NCBI GenBank assembly: GCA_013265495.1
Contig: MU058836.1
Coordinates: 62,001 to 126,000 of the forward strand
Reading direction: 5' to 3'
Source: Vicugna vicugna
Lineage: Eukaryota
DNA: 64,000 nucleotides
The notes beneath the pieces were generated by a model, which saw only the letters and a program-made list of their open reading frames with translations, searched no databases and was not told where the DNA came from. Position numbers and translations under genes: made by a program. Below, piece after piece: positions 1 to 12,019 of this stretch. Each line of letters starts with the position of its first letter. Position 1 is the first letter of the stretch.

Positions 1-463
1 GGTTTTGTTTAAATAGCTAATGCCTGGTACCCAACTGTCTCCCTGTGATAGCACTAAGTCAGTGCCAGTAATGAAAGATAAAGGTTTCAGTTCTGGGTTC
101 TTATAAAAGCTGTGCATGGCCTACTTTCTCCAGACCCCCATGCCAAGAATGAGTCTCCACTGTGCGTGTTCTGAGTCTCAGTGAGATGACAGAGCTTTTT
201 AAGTGGTACCCAAGCTTGAGAAAGCTAACAATCCTACATTCTAAGCCCCTGACTCCAGACTCTGCAGGGAAGGATAGTAGGAGCCTCAAGGATTCATCCA
301 CAATGTTGGAAATGGCTAGAAAAAAAATGCCACAGCATTATACAAGCTGCATATTTGTAAGTATCATAGCTATGATTTATTGAACATGTTCAGTGATTTA
401 AGATTGTTCTAAGCACCTCATGTTCTTTAGGTGAATCCTTAATAGCACCATATGCGGTAGGTA

Positions 464-1377
464 TGTGAGTCATTAGGACGGTTCATAAATAATCCAGTTC
501 TTTCCTTCCAGCCATGTGGTAGGATTGCCATTTCTTACCCTCTTTGAAGTTTTGGCTCAGCCTTGTGACTTTTTGGCCAATATACTGTAAGATGAATTGA
601 CAAGCATCACTCCCCAAGACAGAGGCTTTATGAAGCAAATCACATTCTTTTTTCCTGTCTCACCGATTATGATAACATCTATCAAGATGGAATCTCCATC
701 AGACTGGATCCTCAAGTGACTAAGTCTCCCATGCTTTCAGTGGCCATATAGTGAGGGTAAAAATTAAACTTTTGCTGTTTAAAACCTGTGGCAGATTGTT
801 CTTAAGATGGCAACATCAAATATTCCATAACCCATGCTCTTCTTACATTGAGACATTGATTCTCTTCCAGTGAGAGGTAGGGTCTATGCTCCCCTGAATC
901 TGGGTCAGCCTGTGAACATGGCAGAAGTGATACTATGTAAGTCCTGAGTGTCATGAATTGCAGTTCAACTTTTGTCTGTTCCTCTTGAGATACTCGCCCA
1001 CAGAATACAGGCTCCATGCTGTGAGGAAACTAAGCAGACACACGGGAAGGGCACGTTCCCAGCTGAGATCCCAACCAACAGCCAGCCTGAACCACCAGAC
1101 ACGTGAGTGCATAAGCCTTCATATGGTCTAGTCCCCAGTTTTCCAGCCACCCTCGCTAATGCCAACTGGAGAAGAGATAAGCTCTGCCCGAAGTACAGAT
1201 TTGTGAGCAAAATAAATGTAGTTGTTTTGAGCCACTAAGGTTTTTTATCGTGTTTTGGTTTTTTTGATGGGGGCTGGGGGACGGTGGTGCATCACAAGGC
1301 AGTAGACAATTGGAACAACTCCACTAAAGTGTTGAAGTTGCTATTGGCACCATAAGTTACACATCCTGATGAATGCA
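464..1377 (+). mobile_element. MaLR solo LTR, MLT1J/I-like, split by an MLT1G-like LTR
   Basis: TG start; internal ccttgtgacttttttggccaat; aaattaaacttttgctgttt before the break; 3' end ccactaaag...catcctgatgaatgca at 1318-1377. Confidence 0.65.
787..1317 (+). mobile_element. MaLR solo LTR, MLT1G-like
   Basis: Starts tgtggcagattgttcttaagatggc; AATAAA then ttttgagccactaag; ends tggaaca. Confidence 0.75.
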
Positions 1378-2084
1378 GTAAAAGTCTTATTGCTTTCTCC
1401 ACTTTGCAAATGGGGAAACAGAAGTGTAGTGAGGTAAAATAGCTGGTTCAAAGCACACAGTCACAGATTGATAGTATAGAAGAGATAAGAAAGGGAAATA
1501 ACACTGATACTTATCATATGGACAAACTGCAGTATATTCATTTTAAAGAGTATCACATTAATTCTCAAAACAAACAAGTAACTGTGAGAAGAATGTGGCA
1601 CATCCACTTTACAGCACATTGAGACATTGAGGACTGAGACTGTATTTTTTTCATACTTTTTATCTTCAGGATTGAGTGCAATTTTTTTAATGCACTCAAG
1701 ATCCTGAATTAATGTTTGATGGATTAAATTAAGTTGGACAGAAGGTCAAGAGGGGCTTGGAGGAAGCCCAGGGTTGCACAGCTGCTGAGTGGTCAATCTC
1801 ATAGTTAAACTCAGATATGACTCACTCCAAACACTGTGCCTTTTCTTTAGATCACTGTTAGTAAGAGGATAGACATCTTGTCCCAAGGGTATTGGCAGAG
1901 TCCTAGCAGTATGCCCTGTGGGTGAGACAGACCATTTAAAAAGTCAGGATGGCATGGACAAATGACCCTCGGATAAATGAAGCGGAGATCTGGCTACTTC
2001 TGAGTGGCTGTAGGTTCTTAACAGAGCCCTGGGGTAATATCCAGCCTATCTTAACAGAGTAGACTTGGAGGAATAAAGCTCTGT

Positions 2085-2182
2085 TTCACCAATACTCTAT
2101 TTTCAGATAAGGTCACATTCACAGGTTCTGTAGTTTAAGACTTCAACATATCTTTTTGAGGGGCATATTTCAATCCATAATA
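2085..2182 (-). mobile_element. MLT1C/B-like LTR 5' fragment
   Basis: ataaggtcacattcacaggttctg...gacttcaacatatctttttgaggggcatatttcaatccataa. Confidence 0.6.
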
Positions 2183-2189
2183 CTAGTTA

Positions 2190-3400
2190 TGTGGGGGTAA
2201 TTTTGCTATAATTATTGACCACTTGGCTATCTCCTTTTGTAGAGGAGAAATACCAAATATTGAGTCATTTAAAAAACTCGACTATCTTTTTCTTATTGAT
2301 TTGTGAGATTTCTTTACATTTATGGATACAAATTCATTGCTTATCAAGACATTGTATTGAATTTTATCAGCTTTTTATGAATCTCTTGAGTTGAATAATT
2401 TTCCTTATTTATGCAAATAATGAGGTTACTCTGATTTTTTAATGTTAAGTCAATCTTAAATTCCTAAAATAAACTAAGTTTGGTTGTGATGTGTTACCTT
2501 TTTCATATATAAATTACTTTAATTTACAAATAGTTTAGTTAAAATTCCTGCAATTATGCTCATGAGAGAAATGGGTCAGTAATCTTATTTTACTGTAATG
2601 CCCTTGTCAGGATTTGGTATCAAGAATATACTGACCTTTTCTGTTCTCTGGAAGACTTTATAATTATGTGTTATTTCTTTCTTAATGGATTAGAAAAATT
2701 CAAGTGTAAAGCCATATGGACCTAGAGTTTTTTCTTCTCTGTTTTTCTTTTTTTTTTTCCCTGTCAGTTACTAAGAGGTATGTTAGTTATTACTTTATAT
2801 CTTCTGACCTAATATCATTAGATGCATATAAATTTAGAATTATTATATTTTCCATCTAAATCAAAAAATTTTAGTGAAATAGCCAACTCATTAATACTGC
2901 TACAAATATTTACTCTTTCAGTTTCTTTTAAATGTTATGTCCTCATGGAAAATTGGCAAATGATCCAAGGGGAAAAAGTAGTGACAGATGTACATATTGT
3001 TTATGTCATTCTTTTCCTTTCTCTTTGGAATCCTAGTCCCTCAAGTCCTGGATGCTTTGGTTGCTTACTTCAAACAGCTGATTTTTGTATGTTATATAGC
3101 TTTTATAGTTGTTCATTATGGGAGGGTTAGTCTGATACAAGCTAATCCTTCATAGTCAAAAGTACAAATATTGTATATAATTTTATAATGTACAATTACC
3201 AACAAATTATGTATCACAAACATTTTCTATGTTATTGAAAAAATTTTAAAATATAACCTTCAGGGGCTACATAATATACCACTGTAATGAATTAATCACA
3301 GTTGACTATACCAATTCCCTGATATTAAGAGCATTCAAGCTACTTCCTATTTCTATTTCAGGTTATTACTAGGGAGACTTTTGATAAATTTCTCTAGACA
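2190..3400 (-). mobile_element. Ancient L1M/L1ME fragments (ORF2, 5' end and 3' end pieces)
   Basis: T-rich; reverse L1 motifs such as cttgtcaggatttggtatcaag and gtaaagccatatggacctagag. Confidence 0.6.
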
Positions 3401-3429
3401 TGATTGCTTTCTGTCTATACCATGGCTTC

Positions 3430-6400
3430 TAAAACTAAAAATCAACCACTGGGGAGAAAAAATGAGAAAAAAAAGAACAACTTCATGGAAGCCAAACAAT
3501 ATGCTACGTAAAAACCAAAGGATCAGTGATAAAATCAAAGGAGAAATTTAAAAATACCTTGAGACAAATGACAATGAAAACACAACCCACAAAATCTATG
3601 AGATGCAAAAACAGCAGTCCTAAGAAGGAAATTCATAGCAATACAGGTCTTCCTCAGAAAACAATAATCTCAAACAACCTAACCTAGCATCTGAAAGAAT
3701 TAGAAAAAGAAGAATAGACAAAATCTAAAGTCAGCAGAAGGAAAGAAATAATAAAGATCAGGGAGGAAAAAAGAAAATAGAGATTAAGAAACAGAAAAAA
3801 ATTAAAGAACTGGTTTTTGAAAGAGTAAAGGAAGTCAACAAACCTCTGGCCAAGCTTAGCAAGAAGAGAGAGAGCACAAAGCAAGAAAGAAAAATGGAGA
3901 AATTACAACCAACACCACAGAAATAAAAAAAAAATCATAAGAGAATACTATGAACAACCATATGGCAATAAATTGGATAACCTAGAAGAAATGTATACAT
4001 TTCTAGAAATGTACAGTCCACCAAAACTGAATCAAGAAGAAATAAATCATTTGAACAGACCAATCACTAGAAGTAAAAAAGAATCAGCAATAAAAAACCT
4101 CCCTGCAAACAAAGTCCAGGACTAGATGGCTTCACTAGGGAATTCTACCAAACATACAAAGAAGAACTCGTACCAGTCCCTCTCAAACTCTTCCAAAAGA
4201 ATCAAGAAGAGGGAGCACCCCCAAACTCATTCTATGAAGCCACTATTACCCTGATACCAAAACCAGACAAAGACACTAGCAAAAACGAAAATTACAGGCC
4301 AATATCATTGATGAACATAGGTGCAAAAATTCTCAACAGATTTGCAAATGTTAGCCACTACTATATATGAAAATAGGTAAATAAACTTCTGGGTAGCACA
4401 AGGAACTATAGTCAATATTTTGTAATAACCTTTAATGAAAAAGAATATGAAAACAATACATGTATGCATGTGCATGACTGGCACATTGTGCTGTACAGCA
4501 GAAATTAACACAAATCACATAATCATCTCAATAGATGCAGAAAAGGCATTTGATAAAGTTCAACACCCATTTATGATAAAACAAACTGTTACTAAAGTGG
4601 GTATAAAGGGAACATGTCTCAATATAATAAAAGCTATTTATGACAAACTCACAGCCAACATAATACTAAACAGTGAAAAGTTGAAACCCTTCCCACTAAA
4701 ATCTGGAACAAGAATGCCCACTCCCACCACTTCTATTCAACACAGTATTGGAAGTCTTAGCCACAGCAATCAGAAAATAGAAATAAAAGGGATTCAAACT
4801 GGAAGAGAAGAGGTAAAATTTCACTATATGCAATCACGTAATACTGTAAATAGAAAACCATAAAGGCTAGAGGTGATAAAAGAATATGGCAAGGTAGCAG
4901 GATACAAGATTAACATACAGAACTTAGTTGCATTTCTTTACACTAAGAATGAAATATCAGAAAATGCAAGTAAAGCAACAATCCCTTTAAAATTACATCT
5001 AAAACAATAAAAATACTTAGGAACAAATCTGATCAAGGAAGTGAAAGACTTATATGGAGAGAACAAAATATTAATTAAGGAAATTAAAGATGACTTAAAG
5101 AAATTGAAAGATATCCCATGCTCTTGGATTGGAAGAATCAAAAAGGCCATACTACCCAAAACAATGTACAGATTTAAATGCAATCTCTATCTAAAGGACT
5201 CAGGACACTTTTCACAGAACTAGAAGAAATAATCGTAAAATTTATATGGAATCACAAAAGACCCAGAATTGTCACAGCAATATTGAAGAAAAAGAATGGA
5301 ATAATGCTCCCAGACTTCACACAATACTACAGGGCTACAGGAATCAAAACAGCATGCTATTGGTACAAAAACAGACATATGGATAAATGGAACAGAATAG
5401 AGAGCTCAGAAAAAACCCACAGACTTACAGTCAATTACTCTTCAACAAAGGAAGCAAGAATTTACAATGTCTCATCAACAAGTGGTATTGGGAAAACTGG
5501 AGAGCCACATGTAAATCAGTGAAATTAGAACACTCCCTCACACCATACACAAAAATAAACTCAAAATGGCTTAAAGACTTAAACATAAGACAAGACACAA
5601 AAAGCTCCTAGAAGAAAACATAGGCAAAACATTCTCTGACATAAATCATAGCAATGTTCTCCTAGGGCAGTCTACTCAGGCAATAGAAATAAAAGCAAAA
5701 ATCAACAAACGGGATCTAATTAAACTTATAAGTTTTTGCACAGCAAAGGAAACCATAAGCAAAACAAAAAGACAACCTATGGAATGGGAGAAAATATCTG
5801 CAAATGATGCCACTGGAAAGGGCTTACTTTTCAGAATACATAAACAGCTCATGTAACTTAATTACAAAAAACCAAACAATCCAATACAAAAATGGACAGA
5901 AAACCTAAACAACCAATTCTGCAATTAAGACATATGAATGACCAATAGGCACATAAGAAAATACTCAGTGTCACTAATTAGCAGAGGAATGCAAATCAAA
6001 ATTACGAGATTATCACCTCACACCAGTCAGAATGGCCATCATTCAAAAGTCCACAAGCAATAAATGCTGGAGACTGTGTGGAGAAAAGGGAACCCTCCTA
6101 CACTGTTGGTGGGAATGTAGTTTGGTGCAGCCATTATGGAAAACAGTATGGAGATTCCTCAAAAAACTAAAAACAGACTTACCATGTGATCCAGCAGTCC
6201 CACTCCTGAGCATATATCCTGAGGGAACTCTAATTTGAAAAGATACCTGCACCTCAATGTTCACAGCAGCACTATTTACAATAGCCAAGACACGGAAACC
6301 ACCTAAATGTCCATCGACAGATGGCTGGATGAAGAAGCTGTGGTATATTTATACAATAGAATACTACTCAGTCATAAAAAGAATAAAATAATGCCATTTG

Positions 6401-6490
6401 CAGCAACATGGATGGACCTGGAGATCATCAGTCTAAGTGAAGTAAGCCAGAAAGAGAAAGAAAAACTACCATATGATTTATGTGGAAGCT

Positions 6491-6524
<34 letters not shown>

Positions 6525-6832
6525 TGAACTTATTTACAAAACAGAAACAGTCTCACAGACACAGAAAGCAAACCTATGGTTACCAGTTACCAGAGGGGAG
6601 AGGAAGTATAAATTAGGAGTTTGAGATTTGCAGATATTAACTACTATATATAATATAGATAAACAAGTTCATACTGTATAGCATGGGAATTATATTTAGT
6701 ATCTTGCAGTAACCTATAATGAAAAAGACTATGAAAAGGAATATATATATATATATATATGTATGTAGGACTGAAATATTATGCTGTACAGCAGAAATTG
6801 ACACTGTAAGCTGACTATACTTCAATAAGAAA
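3430..6832 (+). mobile_element. 5'-truncated lineage-specific L1 (late EN domain to 3'UTR), inactive
   Basis: ORF2 peptides [50 protein letters not shown]; many frameshifts and stops; YADD region destroyed; 3'UTR ends gactatacttcaataa. Confidence 0.95.
6494..6522. repeat. (CA)n microsatellite in L1 3'UTR
   Basis: About 14 CA units seen directly. Confidence 0.95.
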
Positions 6833-7019
6833 ATATTTTTTAATTATAAAACTGTTTCTGGTGTATGATATAATGTGTATGCATGAACAATTGCTAAAAA
6901 TTGTGTGACAAGCAAATATATAGGGAAGTCATCTAAAATAAGTAAATTTTACAAGATCTTATTTGAAAGATTATTCTCTCTTATTCAGAAGAAATTAATG
7001 AATTCACTATAGGTGAAAT

Positions 7020-7135
7020 AGTAATGGGTTTAAATCTGAGTTTTATCACTTTACTAGCTAAATGACCCTGGGCAAATTAGTTAGCCTTGCTGAGTCTGTT
7101 TCCTCACTTTTTAAAGAAAGATAATAATACCCACC
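7020..7135 (+). mobile_element. MIR
   Basis: gggtttaaatctgag...tgaccctgggcaaattagttagcc...gtttcctcac...ataataatacc. Confidence 0.75.
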
Positions 7136-7229
7136 GGAGTTATAACTTTTTAAAGAAATAATTATCTATATATGTGTCTATATACACAAGAAGCTACCCC
7201 CAAGAACAAGGTTCAGACACTCATTTTTT

Positions 7230-7830
7230 AACTCATTCAAAAAATATTTACTGAGCATTTATGGCATGGAGCATTGGGGATACAGCTGTGGACAAATTAA
7301 ATTTATGCTCATATGAAGTTTGCATTATATAGGGGTTGAGACTGACAATAAACATAAATAATATAACTTTAGATAGTTACTAGTGCTGTGAAGAAAAGCA
7401 AAGAAGGATAAAAGCTAGAAAGTCATGGTTGTGATGCTGTTAATTTGACATGGTTGTAGGAAAATTCTGAATAGGTAACTATGAGCTCAGATGGATGAAA
7501 TGAGTAAGAAAGCCATTTGGAAATGCGGGGATGAGATTTCCAGACAGAGAAAATGGTAGTGCAAATGTCTGAATTGGAGAAACTAAATGGGTTCTTGAAG
7601 CAGGTAGAAGACAATATGATGGAATGGAATGAAGGAGAATACCAGGAGTGAGGACCCAGAGGTAGGCACGGGCCAATTCAAGTAGGGCCATAGTGGTCAT
7701 GATTAATGGGAAACCTTTGGAGAGTTCGATCAGGAAAGACACATGATTATATTTTTTCATTCAAACATTCATTTTGTCTTCTGTATGGAGAGTAGTCTAT
7801 AAGAACCAGCATGGAAACGGGGGCTACTGC
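7230..7830 (-). mobile_element. L2 3' region
   Basis: cattcaaaaaatatttactgagc reverse tail followed by purine-rich L2 body. Confidence 0.75.
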
Positions 7831-9109
7831 AAGTCTTATCTTAAATCCCCTTATACTCAACACACTGTCTGGTGCGTAACTGTGAACAATTAATTGTGGT
7901 TGTCATTAAAAAGAAGAACATGCGAGCTAGGTTATATGCAACAGTCTCAAAATGTCTGCTTTGGGATTATGAATTCACCAGTAAGTACAAAGCAGAGGTA
8001 GACTACTTCTACAGTTAATTGAAGTTCCTTCAAAAGCAGTTTGAGTTCACAGGTAGACAGCACAGTGTCAGGATTTTCAAATGATTTTGAAAAGGTACAT
8101 CAATCACTATCTATCCATTATGGCTCTAAAACTGCCTGCCTGGTGAGGCCAGCTGAAATCCGCAGCAACAGCTTCTTCCTCCTTGTGTCAAAGCAACAGG
8201 GCTAGAGTTGGTGGTGAAACCCTGATCCAATTTCTAGCTGAGAAGAAATACTGGAACATTTTTTTATTTTTTTCAAATTCTCATGATATTAAGTACTTTT
8301 GTGAACTGAAACAAGGAATTTTGTTTGTTTGTTTTCAATCTGGAAAACATGGGCGATACCAAACTTAAGAGTCTCTTTTAAGTTACAGCATGTCACTGAA
8401 AAGTGTCTGCGACACTGAGCATGGAGCATCTCTGATCTCCAGAGGGATCAGTTTGGATACCATATGTGGCTGTTCTTAAGTGGCCCCTGTAAAACGTCAG
8501 AGGGTAAGAAACAAGTATTCAGGTGTTTGGATGAATAAATAATCTATACTCAGAGGTACTCTTAATTCTCCTCCTAAGAGACTTGATAATTCTTATCAAT
8601 GGAATGGTTGCTGGCTTCTCTGGTACCTGCCACAGCATTCGTTGGTGCATAATAAATATTGACTGAATAAAATCCTGATCTGATAATAGAGCTGAAAGGC
8701 ATGAGGATCTCAGAATATTGATTTATTTGCTCACAAAAAAATACTGTCAAGCAATTTCAATATAATAGACTGTGTGTTAGTAGGGAAATAGACATGAGGA
8801 CACTCTAGTGAGGGAATCAGCCCTTTAAAAAAAGTAAGTGTGAAAACAATGGGAAAAGTGCTGGAATGAAAGAGCCCTTTATAATGGATAGCGTGGTGGT
8901 ACAATTATATGGAAGTTCTGGAACTGGCTTTGGATACTTACCACGATGGGTGGGCAGTACTGAGCACCTACAGAGGCGGCAGTTGCCCTTGTCGTGTAAA
9001 GAGAGCTTATTTTATCCTAATCCCTCTGAGTTCCCCCTGGACCACAGCCTCCGCGCCTACCCTCTCCCCCTGCCTTACCCACTCGCTAGTTATTCCCACA
9101 CAGATATTC

Positions 9110-9552
9110 ATTTTTTATATTGAAGTGTACTTAATGTACAATATTACGTAAGTTACAGGTGTACAAGAGTGATTCACAATCTTTAAAGGTTATAATCCAT
9201 TTATAGTCATTATAAAACAGTGGCTCTATTTCCTGTGTTGTACAGTATATCCTTGTAGCTTATTTTATACGTAATAGTTTGTACCTCTAAATCCCGTATC
9301 CGTATATTGCCCATTCTCCCTTCTCTCTCCCTGCTGCTAACAACTAGTTTATTCTCTATATCTGTGACTCTGTTTCTTTTTTGTTATATTCACTAGTTTG
9401 TTGTATTTTTTAGATTCCATATATAAGTGATAATCATATATAGTATTTGTCTTTCTCTGTCTGACTTATTTCATTTAGCATAATACCTTACAAGTCCAAC
9501 CATGTTGTTGCAAATGGCATATTTTGTTCTTTTTTATGGCCGACTAGTATTC

Positions 9553-9593
<41 letters not shown>

Positions 9594-10270
9594 GTTTATA
9601 TATATGGTCCAGTCATTCTCATTTGAGAAAGACCAGTAAGGCAGGTGAGATACATATATCTCACATCTTCTTTATCTATTCATCTGTTGATGGACATTTA
9701 GGTTTCTTCCTTAACTTGGCAACTGCAAATAATGCTGCTAAGAACACTGTGGGTGCATATATCTTTTAGAATTAGTGTTTTCATTTTCTTTGGAATATAT
9801 ACTCAGGAGTGGAATTGCTGGGTCATATGGTAGTTCTATTTTTAGTTTTTTGAGAAACCGCCATACCATTTTCCACAGTGGGTGCACCAACTTACAGTCC
9901 CGTCAACAGTGTATGAGGGTTCCCTTTTCTCCACAACCTCATCAACATTTGCTGTTTGTGTCCTTTTTGAAGATAGCCATTCTGACAGGTGTGAGATAAT
10001 ATCTCACTGTGGTCTGATTTGCATTTCTCTGATGATTAGTAATGCTGAGCATCTTTTCATGTGCCTGTTTGCCATTTGCATGTCCTCTTTAGAAAAATGT
10101 CCGTTCAGGTCTTCTGCCCATTTTTTAATCGAGTTGTTTGTTTCTGATGTTGAGTTGTAGGAGCCGTTTATATATTCTAGATATTAAGCCCTTGTTCATA
10201 TCATTTGCAAATCTTTTCTCCCATTCAGAAGGTTGTCTTTTTTACTTTGTCCCTGGTTTCCTTTGTTGTG
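9110..10270 (-). mobile_element. L1 3' end (older cetartiodactyl-type subfamily) with (GT)n at ~9555-9591
   Basis: Reverse 3'UTR and ORF2 C-terminus, e.g. agccattctgacaggtgtgagataatatctc, cttctgcccattttttaat. Confidence 0.92.
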
Positions 10271-11094
10271 CTCACACATATATTCTTCAAAATAAACTTC
10301 TGAATGACTCATTAAGTTCCAAAAGAAAATTCCATTGTAATTTTGACTGACATCTTCTTAGGCCCATGCACTAATTTGGAAGAATTTATAGTCTTAAAAT
10401 ACTTGGCTTTCTTATAGAGGAACACAATCTGCCCCTCTATTTATTCAAATCTTAATTTGTATTTCTCAGTATAGTTTTATAGTTTTCCTTTATTTTTATC
10501 CTAAACATTTCCAATTCAGATTATTCCCTTTTTTTGTTTTGGCTTATGATGAATTGAGTACTTTTTATATTTATATTCCTAATTGATACTTTTTTGGTAG
10601 ATAAGAAAGCAATTGCATTTTTAAAAAACTCTGTTAAAATTTCTAAGGGATCTTAATTTTTTTCAGTTAATGTTTAGATTATAGCAGAAATAACAATTTA
10701 TCTCCCTCATTGTTCCATCTCATGTCATATTTCATCAGCTGGAATTTCCACAACATATCTTGTCCAAGGAGGAGATGCACTTTTGCCTTGGTATTCCTCA
10801 GGGCCGACTAAGCTGTTTTTCTTTTCTATGATTGACTCTGACCTGCCTTACTGGTCTTTCTCAAATGAGAATGACTGGACCATCAGCCACGGAAGGTCTA
10901 GTGTGCGCTTGGACAAGGGCTGCTGTCCTGACAAATTCTAGTCAAGTGCTCTTCCCTTTACTCCCCTTCTCTTAAACTTCTAGATTCAAGAGACATTTAC
11001 TAAGCCCCTAACACTATAATAAGGTAAATCCTCAGGGTTTATAGATGTTAGATCCTGCCTTGAAGATACTAACAGCTAAGGTCAACCAATGATA

Positions 11095-11810
11095 TTTCTC
11101 CTGCGAGTTCAATATAGCATATCCATCCCACCACCTGGTTAACATCTTCTCTCGGATTTCTCACAGCAATCTGAAATTTAATATGACTAAAATAACATCT
11201 TGATTCTATCATCCAGTTCACTGCCCATCTTAACCAATGCTACTGTCACTATGTTGCTCAAGCAAGAAACTTGGAAGGTGTTCTTGATTTTTTCCATTCT
11301 GCTCACAAATCTCTCACTCATCCCATCCATCTGCACGTACCATTGAGTTTATATCCAACATACTTTTAAACTGTTTGCCTATCTTCATTTATACGGTCAC
11401 CACGTTAGTTCATGCCACCATCAGCTCTTGCTTGTCTCCCTGTGACAGCCTCCTCACTGGTTGCTTCACTTCCACACCTGCCTGGCACAATTCCATCATC
11501 CAAAAAACAGCTCAAGCAATTTTCTTAAAACTTATACTGTACTGCATCATTCCACTGCTTTAAACATATACAGGTCATGGTAATTTCACCAGAATAAAAT
11601 GTACTCTTTACCGTGGCCTCCAGGGTCCTCCATGACCTTGACCCTTCCTCTTTCTCCGATTGCTTTTTCTTTTCCACTGTTTACACTCCAGCTACACTGG
11701 ACTTCCCTCAGTTCTCCAAACAGGCCTTTGCAGATACTACTCCAGCTGTCTGCATTGTTTATTTCCCTAATTGTCATATAGCTAATTGCTTCTCATCCCT
11801 TATATCCATA
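11095..11810 (+). mobile_element. L2 3' body
   Basis: cagttgctcaagc-like, gccaccatcagctcttgcttg, cagcctcctcactggt, ccagctacactgg L2 hallmarks. Confidence 0.8.
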
Positions 11811-11995
11811 GTCTTCAAGTGTTTTTGATTCTCTGTCATGGGGGAAAAACATTGAACCTCAACTCCCAATATACGTATATTTATTTATTTATAAATTAGG
11901 TACAAGTATGACTTTGCTAATAGTATATTCATATGCAAATATAGACCTAAGGGAACTATCAAAAATAAAAGAAATTTAAGTAAATAAGCATGTCA
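11808..11995. mobile_element. Probable hAT-Charlie DNA transposon relic
   Basis: cccaatatacgtatatttatttatttataaatt resembles Charlie-family MITE interiors. Confidence 0.35.
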
Positions 11996-12019
11996 CTTAA
12001 CTGATATGGCATCTGTTTC

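Larger units (their letters stand above)
362..1463 (-). mobile_element. MIR SINE split by nested LTR insertions (pieces ~362-463 and ~1378-1463)
   Basis: tagctatgatttattgaac... stops at 463; the MIR core (ccactttgcaaatggggaaacaga...gcacacag) resumes after 1378. Confidence 0.7.

Noticed and set aside
4435..4863. 142-aa ORF with a novel N-terminus
   Set aside because: Chance fusion of the inserted L1 3'UTR to frameshifted ORF2
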